A stretch of DNA of 60,553 bases, filler included, from Malassezia furfur (lineage: Eukaryota), in the NCBI GenBank assembly GCA_052055015.1. It is 3 parts of 3 records of this genome, joined end to end, with 100 filler letters (N's around TTAATTAATTAA, not from the genome) between each part and the next. Parts side by side here need not be neighbours in the genome. Positions count along the whole stretch, not along the records: positions 1 to 20,300 come from JBQJIT010000178.1; positions 20,401 to 40,529 come from JBQJIT010000179.1; 1 more part is not named here. One strand, written 5' to 3'. Below are positions 12,518 to 23,400 of this stretch, one piece after another. Every line of letters starts with the position of its first letter. The first letter of the stretch is position 1. The position numbers were made by a program, and so were the translations under genes. The notes beneath the pieces were generated by a model. The model did not search any database. It saw nothing but the letters and a program-made list of their open reading frames with translations, and was not told where the DNA came from.

Positions 12518-15213
12518 ATGGTGGGGGGTGCGGCGACGCAGTTGGACCCGGTGCGCGGACCGACGCCCGAGACAACTGAAGTGGACCTCTCGTTCTTCGC
12601 AGAGAAAACGTCGCAGCCTTCGCACACGATTACATTCAATGATACCTCGGTCCTGGCCGTCGCTGTCGACCAGGAGCGCGGCCTCTTGTTTGCCGGCACG
12701 CAATCGGGCACGATTTTCGTGTGGAATCTGGTCACGCAGCAACCGTATGCCCAGCTCGTGGGACACACACGCAGCGTACTTGCGCTGACGTTTGCGCAGA
12801 ACGAGGGATGGCTGTTCAGTGCGTCGTCCGATAGCACCGTTCGTCTATGGGACGTGCGCCATCTGCGGCCCATTGCGCTCATTTACCCTGCCTCGGACAA
12901 CACCGGTGACATCCTGGCGATGGCCTGGTGCCCATCTGTGCATACGCTCTTTTTGGGATGCCAAGATACCTCGATTCAATGGATCTCGATCACACCCGAG
13001 AAGCTGCAAGAGCCTCTGCACAACGTGCCCAACTCGCGTCCGCACAAGTTCTTCGACTCCATGTCGCGCGCGATGGAGGGCATGTCGGACGCACTGCCAC
13101 TGGCCGTCCGCACCGCCGAACAGCTTATCCGACGCACCGCCGTGCACCGAATGGACCCGGCAACGAACCAGGTCGACTTGGTGGACGATGCGCCTACGGT
13201 CCATGCACCCAAGCAAATGTCGGTACTGGCTGTGAGCAAAACGTGCGCCATCCCGTCGGCACATTTTGGCTACGTGTACAGCCTCGCGGTGGTCTCCAAC
13301 CACGACGGGCCCCTGCTGGCCAGCGGGGCAGGCGACGAGACCATCCGGCTGTGGTCGCCGTGTGAAGGCGGGATTGAGCCGCGGTGCACGCTGCAGCTGC
13401 CTTCGCCCTCGGGCGACGCGATCCTCACGCTTGCGGCCTGGGAAAATACGCTGCTGGTCGGGAAACAGGGCGGTGCGATCGACGTATGGGACATTGAGAG
13501 CCGCACGTTGATTCGCTCGCTGCGGGGCCATACGGATGATGTGCTGTGTCTCCAGCTCGTAGAGCCCGGCAAAGAGCGCATGTTCTTCTCCGGGAGTGCC
13601 GACGGGCACGTCTGCCGTTGGGACGGCTACTTCCGGTGCACCGCACGCTGGCTTGCGCACGACGACATCGTGCAGACCTGTGCCGTGTTCCAAGGGCGCC
13701 GGCAGGGCGAGGGGCAGTTTGCGTGGCTCGCGAGCGACGCTGAGCTCATCACGGGCTCGTCGGACGCGAGCGTGCGCCTGTGGCCCTTTACGCCGCCGGC
13801 AGCGGCACCGACGTCGCCGCAGCCGCCCGTGCAGCAGCCCACGCTGGTACAGCGCCTCGCGCGCTTCATCCGCTACAAGAGTGTCTCGCAGGGCCCAACG
13901 GGTCTGGCGGACGAGGAGAGCATGGAGGACTCCCGGCAGGCGGCGCACTTCCTCAAGACCACGCTCATGGAGCTCGGCGCGAGCGATGTGCAGCTGGTGT
14001 CTGGCGGCGCGCGCGCCAATCCTATGGTGTTGGCGACGTTCCGTGCCGTGCGTCCAGCGCGGCGGCGGTGCCTGTTTTACGGGCACTACGACTGCATCCC
14101 TGTGAGCGGCGGCTGGGAGAGCCACCCGTGGACGCTGACGGGGCGCAACGGATACCTCTACGGGCGCGGTGTGAGCGACAACAAGGGCCCGGTGCTGGCA
14201 GTCGCCTGTGCGGCCAGCGACCTGCTGCAATCGAAGCAGCTGGACGTCGACATAGTGATGCTGGTCGAGGGCGAGCAAGAGACCGGCTCCAAAGGCTTTG
14301 AGAGCTGCCTGCGTGTCTACAAGCACCTGATTGGCCCCATTGTACGTGTGCGAGGACGCTGACCCCAGGACACGATTCTCGTGTGCAACTCGTACTGGCT
14401 CGGCGAGCAGCGCCCGTGCCTGACCGTCGGCCTGCGTGGCGTCATCCAGGCGACGGTGCGCATCTCGGGCCGCCACGCCGACCGGCACTCGGGTGTGGAC
14501 GGCGGCGCAGACCGCGAGCCAATGATGGATGTAGGTACTACGACTGACGCCAGATGATCAAGCTGCTTGCCACGCTTACGGATCCCGCCGGCCGCGTGAC
14601 ACTTCCCGGCTTCTACGACGATGTGCGCCCGGTGAGCCCAGAGGAGCGCATGTACTACGAAAGTATCGTGCACGAGGCCCACGGCGCTTCGTCCACGGCC
14701 GAGAACCTCGTGGCCCTCTGGCGCATGCCCTCGTTCACCGTGCACCGCGTGTCGACCAGCGGCCCAGGGCATGCGACCGTAATCCCCAACTCGGTCGAGG
14801 CGTCGCTGAGCATCCGCATCGTGCCCGACCAGGACCTGGCGGGCATCGAAGCATTGCTGCGCGCCGAGATCGAGCGCAACTTTGCCGCACTGCAGTCTAC
14901 CAACCGCATCGAAATGCACGTCGTACACCGCGCCGACTGGTGGCAGCGCTCCGTCGGACTGCCCTACTGGGATGCGCTCGCGGACGCCGTCGAGGCCGAG
15001 TGGGGCGAAAAGCCCATCGATATCCGCGAAGGCGGCTCCATTCCCGGGATTGCCATCCTCGAAAAGGAACTGGGCGCACAGGCCGTGCACCTTCCCATGG
15101 GCCAGGCCTCCGACCATGCGCACCTCCCCAACGAGCGCATCCGCCTCGTGAACCTGAGTCGCGGGCAGTCGGTCGTACGTCGCTTCTTCCAGGCGCTTGG
15201 CAACATGCCCTAG
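12518..15213 (+). CDS. DUG2: WD40 + M20 peptidase fusion, glutathione degradosome subunit Dug2-like
   Basis: N-terminal WD40 repeats; FYGHYD, GRGVSDNKGP, EGEQE, HSGVDGG, IREGGSIP, AHLPNER; introns 14342-14368 (27 nt) and 14531-14553 (23 nt). Confidence 0.88.
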
Positions 15214-16031
15214 AGGGGGTCGTAGCCACCCTGCGTCTCGCGTGCGCCTGAACCATGCATGACGTGCCGGAACATGTCCTGCACCATGTATGGCGTCTCG
15301 CGCCAAAAGTCGCGATTGGGCAGTAGGTCCCAACCGCGTGCACCGTAGTAGGTGTAGTTGGACCAAATGCCGCCCAGCAGGTACAGCACAAACGCAGCGA
15401 CGCCCACCCAGAAAAAGAAGGAGAAGACGTGCTTGACGCTCGTCAGGAAGCTGCGCGCCGCCGACGGCGGGCCGTACCGTCCGCGACACACGGCCGCCGA
15501 GCGCAGGTTGAACGTAAGCTGAAACTCGTCAGTCGTGTCGGCAAACTCGAGCGCGGACTTGGTGTGTTCCGGATCGCACAGCACATGGACCTCGATTGTA
15601 TGGTTCTTGCCGGCATAACTGGGGCCCACAAAGTACAGCATGTACCGTTCCGGGCTGCGGTTGTGTCCCCGCTGGATGTCGTAGAGGCCCTCTTCGCGCG
15701 TCGCGACCGGGATCACTTGCGTGACCCGCTTGTCGCCGTGTTTTTCGTTGATGACCTTCTTGCATATGGTGGTGCCTTCGGCACATGCATCGTTGGCATC
15801 CGTGTTCGGGTCCCGCGGCAGCGGCGCACACAAATCCATCTGGATTTGAGTGTGTGTGATGCTCGGCGGCGTGTCGATCGTGTGCGTAGCGGTGAGCGGC
15901 CCGTCCTGGAACAGCGGCGCGACATCTACACTCGACTGTGCGGCGCCCTTCCGGTGCACCTGCAGTACACACGTTTCAGCGTATACGCCAAGCACCCCGC
16001 ACGCGGCCCATGCGGCCCAGCGTAGACGCAT
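15210..16031 (-). CDS. ATG27: Autophagy-related protein 27 / M6P-receptor-homology type I membrane protein
   Basis: Signal peptide, Cys-rich MRH domain (DLCAPL, C.EGT.IC), TM helix, NYTYYGARGWDLLPNRDFWRE.PY and a C-terminal GGY motif. Confidence 0.88.
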   Translation of the reverse strand: MRLRWAAWAACGVLGVYAETCVLQVHRKGAAQSSVDVAPLFQDGPLTATHTIDTPPSITHTQIQMDLCAPLPRDPNTDANDACAEGTTICKKVINEKHGDKRVTQVIPVATREEGLYDIQRGHNRSPERYMLYFVGPSYAGKNHTIEVHVLCDPEHTKSALEFADTTDEFQLTFNLRSAAVCRGRYGPPSAARSFLTSVKHVFSFFFWVGVAAFVLYLLGGIWSNYTYYGARGWDLLPNRDFWRETPYMVQDMFRHVMHGSGARETQGGYDPL

Positions 16032-16071
16032 GATGGTGGGATCGGGCAACGATCGGGCGGTATCTACAGCG

Positions 16072-16993
16072 CTAGTTCTCGGGGATGCGGAAGAAGGTGA
16101 TCTCTTGCTGCTTGAAGTAGCGGCGGTTCTCCTCATCAATTAGGACCAAATTCAAGTAGTAGCGAGTGCTGAACTTTTTGTTCACGTCGCGGAACGTCGG
16201 CGTCAGGTCAAAGCCGCCCAGGAACAGCCGGATCGGAATGGTTTCGCCACGCACGGGCGCACCGTCCATGATCTCAAACTTGGTGATCGTCTCGGACTCA
16301 TTGTATTGGTTGGGAACGGCCCCCGTCGTCTCTCGCCGGATGATGGACAGCTCCATGTGCTTGATTTTGATGCGCACGAGTAGGAAGTAAATCTTTCCCA
16401 CAATCACGTCCTTCAGGTGGTATTTTGACTTGTTGTACTCGAACTCGATGTGCAGACAGTCCTCGATGCCCACCTCCATCTTGATTGCGTTGTTCGAGTC
16501 GGGCGGCAGCCGGAACGAGTGGACCCAAATCTCGCGCTCCTTGACCACATCGGACATGCGCCGACCGATCGTCACACGCAAGAAGTAGCGCAGCTTGACG
16601 TTGATCCCATTGTAGCTCTCGTGGATCTTTTCCACGTTTTTGAACTCAAAGGGGATCGTCTCCGAGTTGCGAATCTCCCCCGGCGCAGCAAGCTCTTGGA
16701 CGAGTGAGAGGAACTCGTAGTGGTTTCCGCGGTCGAAGAAGAGCTCTGCGGTCAGATATTGCACACGTACCAATGCATCCGATCAACTCAATCTTGATCC
16801 CGTCGTGCTGCAGGCGCTTCGCATTACGCGGCTGCACCACGACGGTGCCCCGGACACTCTCGCCATCAAAGTACACGGGCAGTGTCTCCTTGGCGGGGTT
16901 CTTCAGTTTTACATCCACCTGTTTCCGATCATGCTCATCCTCTAGCCGCACGTCAATGTCCACGGGTGCGGAAAAGCTGAACAGCGAGGTCAT
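16072..16993 (-). CDS. VPS26: Retromer subunit Vps26
   Basis: [60 protein letters not shown]; 25-nt intron 16746-16770. Confidence 0.96.
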
Positions 16994-17264
16994 GTCGTTC
17001 ACCCCGTGCGCTGTGTCGACCTACCGCGGTCGGATCCAATGGCGTAGCACGTGGTGGGTTGATTTACATCCCAGGTCGCTTACGCGTAATTCATTTACGG
17101 CCCCACGCGGCGCGTGTGGGGGCCTGAGGTCGCTCGTTCTTACCATCGAGCGGTGCAGTCACGCGCGATGCAGACAAACAGAGTCTTTTGGGTTTATTAG
17201 CTGCTTATAGAATGAATTATGGTTACTAGACAAACAGTGGGTCAAACGAGCGAGCCCAGGTCCA

Positions 17265-19289
17265 TTACGCGTCCTTCTTGCCAAAGTGGATCATGCCGTT
17301 GAAGACGACGGCCAATTCGGCCCGTGCTTCCCAGAGCGGCAAGACGCCCACCACCAGAATACTCCAAATCAACCAAAGGAAACCGAGCCATACCCAGGCG
17401 CCCAGGCCCGCAGGCTTCCAAATACGTGCCGATGTCGCAATGGCCGGAATAACAATTACGAGCAAGAGCGACGCCGTGACCGAAATGGCAATCACGCGCT
17501 TCGCGGTCGCATTCACCTCGGCTGGATCCAAACCCGCGGCGCGCACGTACTCAATGTTGTTCTCGCCCGGGTCGCGGTAGTAGGTCGGGGTAGTGACGTA
17601 CGCCTTGCCCATGCTGTCGAGGTCGGAGGCCTCTTCGTCGACCGGCTTCTCCTTTGCCTCCTGCGACAAATCCGGAACGAGCAGCGCATCCGGCGGCGCG
17701 TTGTAGGCGCGCGTCTCGGCAAACGTGTAGTTCTGCGGACGCAGCAGACTCCACACGACCGTGATGATGGTCGAGGTGCAAATCGCAACGAGGTTGCCGG
17801 CCAGCGTGGGGTATTGCTCGTTGGTCGTGGCAACGGTCACCTCGTCGTACAGGCCATACGCCGTGACAAGCCACGAGAGGATGCCGAGGCACAGTCCGGT
17901 GATCATGCCCACGACGCAGCCCATCGGGTTCGTCTTCTTCCACGTGAGCGTACCAAAGATGGGGAAAACGGCGGGCGACACGATGATGCCCATCATCAGA
18001 TACAGCCAGCCGAGCGAGATGCCTGCGTAATGCCAAATCAGGCCAAACACGGACATAATCAGCGCCCACACACACACCGCACCGTGCGACACGAGCTGGA
18101 TGTGCTTGCCTTCCGCATCGCGCTTCAGGTACACCTTGTAGATATCGTACGTGAACACGGACGAGACGGCAATCTGCTGCGCGGACGTCGCCGAGGTGAC
18201 AGCCAAGAAGAGCAGAATCAACACCGCCACGGCGCCGCTCTTGCCGCACAGCGCCACGGCCACCGACGGCGCAGGAAGACCCGCCGTGACTTGGTCGCTC
18301 GTGAGGTTCGCCATGCTCGCGTCGACACCAATCAGCGCGCGTGCCGCCAGACCCATAGTCGTGGCGAACAAAAAGGGAATCGGGAACCACGCACTACCAC
18401 CCAGCAGGAAGCCGCGCGCCGCGGTGGTGGGCAGCGACGCAATGGAGCGCTGGTGGTACGATTGGTCGCAGAACACCGTGGCCAGGTTGCCGCAAATGTT
18501 GATCACACCAAAGATGAGGCCACCCCTGGAGCGCATCGTGAGGTACGAGCCACCGGCATTGCCGTCCACGCCTTGGCCGCGGTCCACGGCGTTGGTCAGT
18601 AGCTCGGTCATGCGGTCGAGACTGCCAATCTTGCCATTGCCGGTCCACACATTGAAGAAGAAGTAGAGGATCACGACAAACAGGCCGACAGTGTGCGAGT
18701 AATCGGCAATGAACGTCGCGCGCAGACCACCCGTCACCGTGTACACCGCGACACTGGTCGGAATCAAAAAGAGACCCGCGAGCACATGGAGGCCCGTGAG
18801 CTCCGTGACGACCGCGGCGCCGCCGAGCACGAGCTGCGACGAGACCAGCAGGTTGGTGACGAGCGCAAAGGCGATAAACAGGACGTGCACCTTTTTGCCG
18901 TAGCGGATGCGGACGACCTCCAGGAAAGTGGACACGAAAGGGGCGCACGTCTTGATCTTACATGCCATGATGGCACACAGCATGATCTGCACCATGGCGC
19001 CGGCCGCGTACCAGTACGCGCCCGATACACCGTATGTATAGGTCATCACCGAGCTTTGCAGCAGCGTAGCCGCCCACGTCCACGCAGACACAATCCCCGC
19101 GGCAATCAGGCCGGGCTTGACCGAGCGACTCGCACTGTTGAATTCTTCCAGCGACTTGGTACTGTGGTCCGTGAAGCGGTTTTGCAGGTAGGTGATCACC
19201 ATCATAAAGGCAGCAAACGCGAAACCAAGGCCGACAACGACGGCCCAGCCGACGCCCACACCCAGCACTTGCGCTGGAGAATCTGACAT
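17265..19289 (-). CDS. DUR3: Urea/polyamine transporter, sodium:solute symporter family
   Basis: EEFNSASRSVKPGLIAAGIVSAWTWAATLLQSS, GGLRATFIADYSHT, N..GSYLTMRS, many TM helices. Confidence 0.92.
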   Translation of the reverse strand: MSDSPAQVLGVGVGWAVVVGLGFAFAAFMMVITYLQNRFTDHSTKSLEEFNSASRSVKPGLIAAGIVSAWTWAATLLQSSVMTYTYGVSGAYWYAAGAMVQIMLCAIMACKIKTCAPFVSTFLEVVRIRYGKKVHVLFIAFALVTNLLVSSQLVLGGAAVVTELTGLHVLAGLFLIPTSVAVYTVTGGLRATFIADYSHTVGLFVVILYFFFNVWTGNGKIGSLDRMTELLTNAVDRGQGVDGNAGGSYLTMRSRGGLIFGVINICGNLATVFCDQSYHQRSIASLPTTAARGFLLGGSAWFPIPFLFATTMGLAARALIGVDASMANLTSDQVTAGLPAPSVAVALCGKSGAVAVLILLFLAVTSATSAQQIAVSSVFTYDIYKVYLKRDAEGKHIQLVSHGAVCVWALIMSVFGLIWHYAGISLGWLYLMMGIIVSPAVFPIFGTLTWKKTNPMGCVVGMITGLCLGILSWLVTAYGLYDEVTVATTNEQYPTLAGNLVAICTSTIITVVWSLLRPQNYTFAETRAYNAPPDALLVPDLSQEAKEKPVDEEASDLDSMGKAYVTTPTYYRDPGENNIEYVRAAGLDPAEVNATAKRVIAISVTASLLLVIVIPAIATSARIWKPAGLGAWVWLGFLWLIWSILVVGVLPLWEARAELAVVFNGMIHFGKKDA

Positions 19290-19357
19290 GATTGCAAGAT
19301 GAGGGCACCGGGAAGGAGATAGACGCAAACGTTAACGCGTCTTCGGCGGTGTCCTTT

Positions 19358-19709
19358 TTATCTACAGTGTGCTGCCCATTTTGCTCGACCAACCTGCGTT
19401 ATCGCATTCACTTGTTCTCGGTTATCAGGCGGCGCGCAGCGAGATAATTTCCGTTCATAAACGTGAGGCACATGATTGGCTCGATTTCGTCAGCTACGAC
19501 GCATTACATAAAGTGTCGACTTGATCGAGCAGTGCGTAGGCGATAAGAGGACCGGTGCGCGAGTATGACTGGCGTGCATGGGATGCGGGTAGTGACAACG
19601 GGTGACTCGTTGCGGGGCAGGTACCTTGACGTAGCGGGAAGCAAGCGCATGTCCAATCATGACCTACAAGATGATCCCTGCCTCCACACGCGTCCATTTG
19701 TCCGATAAG
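19358..19709. promoter_or_regulatory. Cluster of six GATAA elements upstream of DUR3 (nitrogen-catabolite GATA-factor sites)
   Basis: TTATC at 19358, 19399, 19422; GATAA at 19443, 19542, 19704. Confidence 0.6.
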
Positions 19710-20185
19710 CACAGGGAGCGTGACCGCCTTTGGCGTCTCCGCTGCAGGCGTGTGCATTTGCCAAGCCGCACGTCCAGCCCACAGTGCGACGGTGTGCAGT
19801 GACGGCATGTGTTCAAGTACGCCATTTCGTAGGTGGTCACGTGCGAAGTTGGGCGATCCTGGGGTCGTCTGTGCGCCGGTATACGTCCATACGAATGCAC
19901 CTTGCGCCCCGTAATGCCCCCTGTCCAGCCGCAGATGGGTAGACAGCACATTCTCAGACGTGCATTCAGCACTCCATTGCAAGCAGAATCCCCCCAAAGC
20001 GGCTGGTGCCGACACAGGCCGCCCCTATTGAGGTACATCTCGTCTAGGCGCACCTCCTCAACGCACACATAGTCCCGCCGCGTATGCTAGCAAACATTTT
20101 TCGAGTCTATCACGGTATCCGCGATCCAGGTATTGTACACGACGTTGCGATTCGATCGCCGATGACCGAAAACCGCTGCTCCGTT

Positions 20186-20300
20186 TTATTGCCGGCCACC
20201 ACGGAATCCACCGCGTCCGCCGCGGAATCCGCCGCCGCCGCCACGGCCACCGAAGCCACCGCCGCGACCGCCAAAGCCGCCGCCACGGCCGCCAAAGCCG
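20186..20300 (-). CDS. C-terminal RGG/GAR fragment of a gene mostly hidden in the gap (probably H/ACA snoRNP protein Gar1)
   Basis: Translates as GFGGRGGGFGGRGGGFGGRGGGGGFRGGRGGFRGGRQ*; the Gar1 identity is inference. Confidence 0.55.
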
Positions 20301-20400
20301 NNNNNNNNNNNNNNNNNNNNNNNNNNNNNNNNNNNNNNNNNNNNTTAATTAATTAANNNNNNNNNNNNNNNNNNNNNNNNNNNNNNNNNNNNNNNNNNNN
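20301..20400. other. Assembly gap with artificial TTAATTAATTAA spacer (stops in all six frames)
   Basis: N44-TTAATTAATTAA-N44; the same construct recurs at 40530-40629. Confidence 0.97.
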
Positions 20401-20431
20401 GGCGGGTGGAGGTCTACCTGCTCGCGACTAG

Positions 20432-23400
20432 CTAGGCACGTGAAGCGGCGCCGAGGCGGCGCAGCGCCCAGGCACGCGGCGCATAGGTGCGTGCGTGCCG
20501 CGCAAAGTCGAGGTGCCGCGCAAACAGCGCCACGAGCGCGCGGTCGTGTGGTGCGGGCGTGAGCTGCGCCGCGTATAGCACACACTGCGCGAGCGTCTCG
20601 GCGTGCGAAGCGCCGTGGGCGTGCGGCGCGAGCGCCTGCAGCAGGCGCGTCGCGACGCGGGCCTCTTGTGCGCCAAACGACGCAGACCCACGCAGTGTCG
20701 CGTACTCAAGGAGTGCGTGGGCAAGTGCGAGTGCGGCCTCGGTCGCCTCCGCGTCTGGCGTATCGTTGGGCCATGCGTGGGCGGCGACGTCGAGTGCGAT
20801 GAGCACGAGCGTGCCCTGCAGCGCCGTATCGAGGTAGTCGAGGTGCGCGATGCGTGCGCCGCGGTCGAGGTGCGTGCCAGCGATGCTTGCGACGAGCTGC
20901 AGCCAGTAGGTGCCGCGGTCGCCGCGCGTGACACGCATCGATGCCCAGTGAAGGAGGCCGCGGCGTGCGACGAGCGTCGTGGCGAGGTAGGGCAGCGCCG
21001 CGGCGCGTGCGATGATGGACGCGAGGCGCGCGCAGTCGCGTGCATCGGCAGCGGCATTCGCATGGTGCGCCGCCGCGGCATTGTCGGCGAGCGCGTCGTA
21101 CAGGCTCAGTACGAGGTCCCATACGTGGCGCCGCTGGAAGACGCGCCAGTCGGTGCGCGTGCGGCGGTGCGCGTCGGGCGTGCGCGCGTCGGCGAGGTGC
21201 GCGTGGGCCGCAAACGCGTCGTCCAAGAAGCGCAGGAGCCAGCTGCGCTCGTGGTGCAAGTGGTCGGACGCGGAATACAGCAGGTTGTAGAGCAGCGGCA
21301 CGTCGTGCACGTCGAGGCGCGGGCGCTGCAACAGGAAGCGGCACAGTGTCGGGAAGAGCACGAGGTGTGACAGCGCCACGGCACGCAAACAATGCGCCAT
21401 GAACAGCGTCGCGGTCGTCGGCAGCCAGGGGACCTCGTCGTAGGCACCCGTGACCGACGTCGGCGGCGGTGGGGGTACCGCATCGCGCACGCGCACCAGC
21501 ACCAACACGAGCAGGTCGCGCTCGCGGAAGTCGGCGCGCTGCACGCTCGCGAGCACCTTGCCGAGCAGGCGCAGCGCGGCCAGGCGCAACGGGGCGTGCG
21601 GCGACGACAGCGCACACACCACAACGCCGAGCGCGCCGGTGCGCACGATCGCGAGCCACTCGAGGCCCGTGAGGTGCGCGGGTGCGTCGTCCTCCGTACG
21701 TGTACCTTGCGCCGCACGCTCGAGCATCGCACCACCCACGAGGTTCAGCACGAACCATGGGTCGTACGCGTCCGGCGAGTCGAGGCGCGCAGCCGGCAGC
21801 GCCACACACGTCGCATGTGCGCGCTGTGCATCGAGCGTGCCCAGCGCAGTGAGCAGCGTGTCGCGCGACAGCGTGCTCGGCACGAGCTTTGCGTCGGCCG
21901 CCCAGCCGCGCAGCGCGTCAAGTACCGCCGCGCGGCGCCCACGCTCGTCGCGGCGCAGCGCCCGCAGCAGCGCGCGGTCTGCGGCGCTGCAGGTGCCGGT
22001 ATACAGGAACACGACGCGCGCATGCGTCGTGGGCGTCGCGAGCGCATCGGGTGGCGAAGCAGCGAGCAATGCAGCGACGAGCGGCACGAGCGCCGCGCGC
22101 CGCGCGTCGCCTTCGTTGCGGGCGGCGCCGACGAGCTCGGTGTGTGCGAGGAGCGTGTGCAGGACGCGCGTCGCACACGCCGCACGCACAGGCGCGGCAC
22201 GTAGGACGACGCGCGCGAGACGCAGCGCATCCACATCCAGCGCGCGGTACTGGGCCACAGCCTCGAGCACGGGCTCGGCAAGCGCCGCGTCTGCCGGCGC
22301 GCCGCGCACGAGCAGCGCCGTGTATGCACGCATGGCCGCACGGACCGTCGGGCGCGTGTCGTCGTCGGCCAGCTGCTGCACAATGCACCGCAGCGCCAGC
22401 GACGACAGCCGTGCCGTGAGCGCTGCATCGTCCACCGCGCTGATGACCCACACGAGCGCCGCGGAAAAGACACGGGCGCCCGCGTCGCGCAGCAACGCGT
22501 CAAGCGCAGCAATCAGTGCGGCGCGATGCGCCGGCGCGCGGCGCGCAACGCCAGCACAGGCAATGCACCGCGCAGCGAGTGCCGTCGGCGTGGCGTCGCG
22601 CCACGTCGGCACCGCTTGCACGACGCCCGTGGCAACGCCGTTGGGCACAGGCGCCTCGGCGGCCTCGACGGCGTCGAGGAGCGCGAGCGGCGTGTACACA
22701 AGCGTCGCGATGCGCGCGGCCACGTCGGAGCCCCACGCAGCGACGAGCGCGGGCGCGACGTGCGGCACCGCATACACGCAGCGCATCAGCACCACGTCGC
22801 GCGCGGCATCCGGTGCATCGGCAAGCGCCGCAAGGGGCGCATCCGCAAGGTGGGCGCGCACACGGTGCAGCGCGCTGAGCGTCCCGCACGTCGGCGGATG
22901 CGTTGCATCGAGGCCGGGCGGCATCGCAGAGCGCAGCACCGTGGCCACGACGCGCACGCCGCTCGGCGTCGCGGCGTGCGGCAGCAGGCGCGGGAGTGCG
23001 TCATGCAGCGCCGCGAGCGCCTCGCGTGCACCGAGCCGCATGCTCGCCGCCGCACACGATGCGAGGCACGCAAGCACCGGCGCGGCGTCGCTGGCACCCG
23101 CCGTCGGCACGTGCGCCAGCAGCGCCTGGACGATCGGTGCGGCGTCCGGCGTCGCATGCGCCAGGCGCGCGGCGCTACGCAGGAGCGCCGCATCGTGCAC
23201 ATCGGCGTGGAGGCCCTGCGCGATGTTGTCCACGAGCGGCGCCAGACCAGGCGCATACGCGGGCCTTGCAGCACCCAGGCGGCACACGAGCTCGACGAGC
23301 CGCTCGCGAAAGACGCCAGGCGCACCCTGCATACCGCGTGTGAGCCACGCACGCACCACGGCACGTTGCAGCACATAGCGCTCGAGGTCCGACACACTCA

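Noticed and set aside
20345..20356. TTAATTAATTAA palindrome inside N runs (also 40574-40585)
   Set aside because: Artificial scaffolding spacer, not biological.
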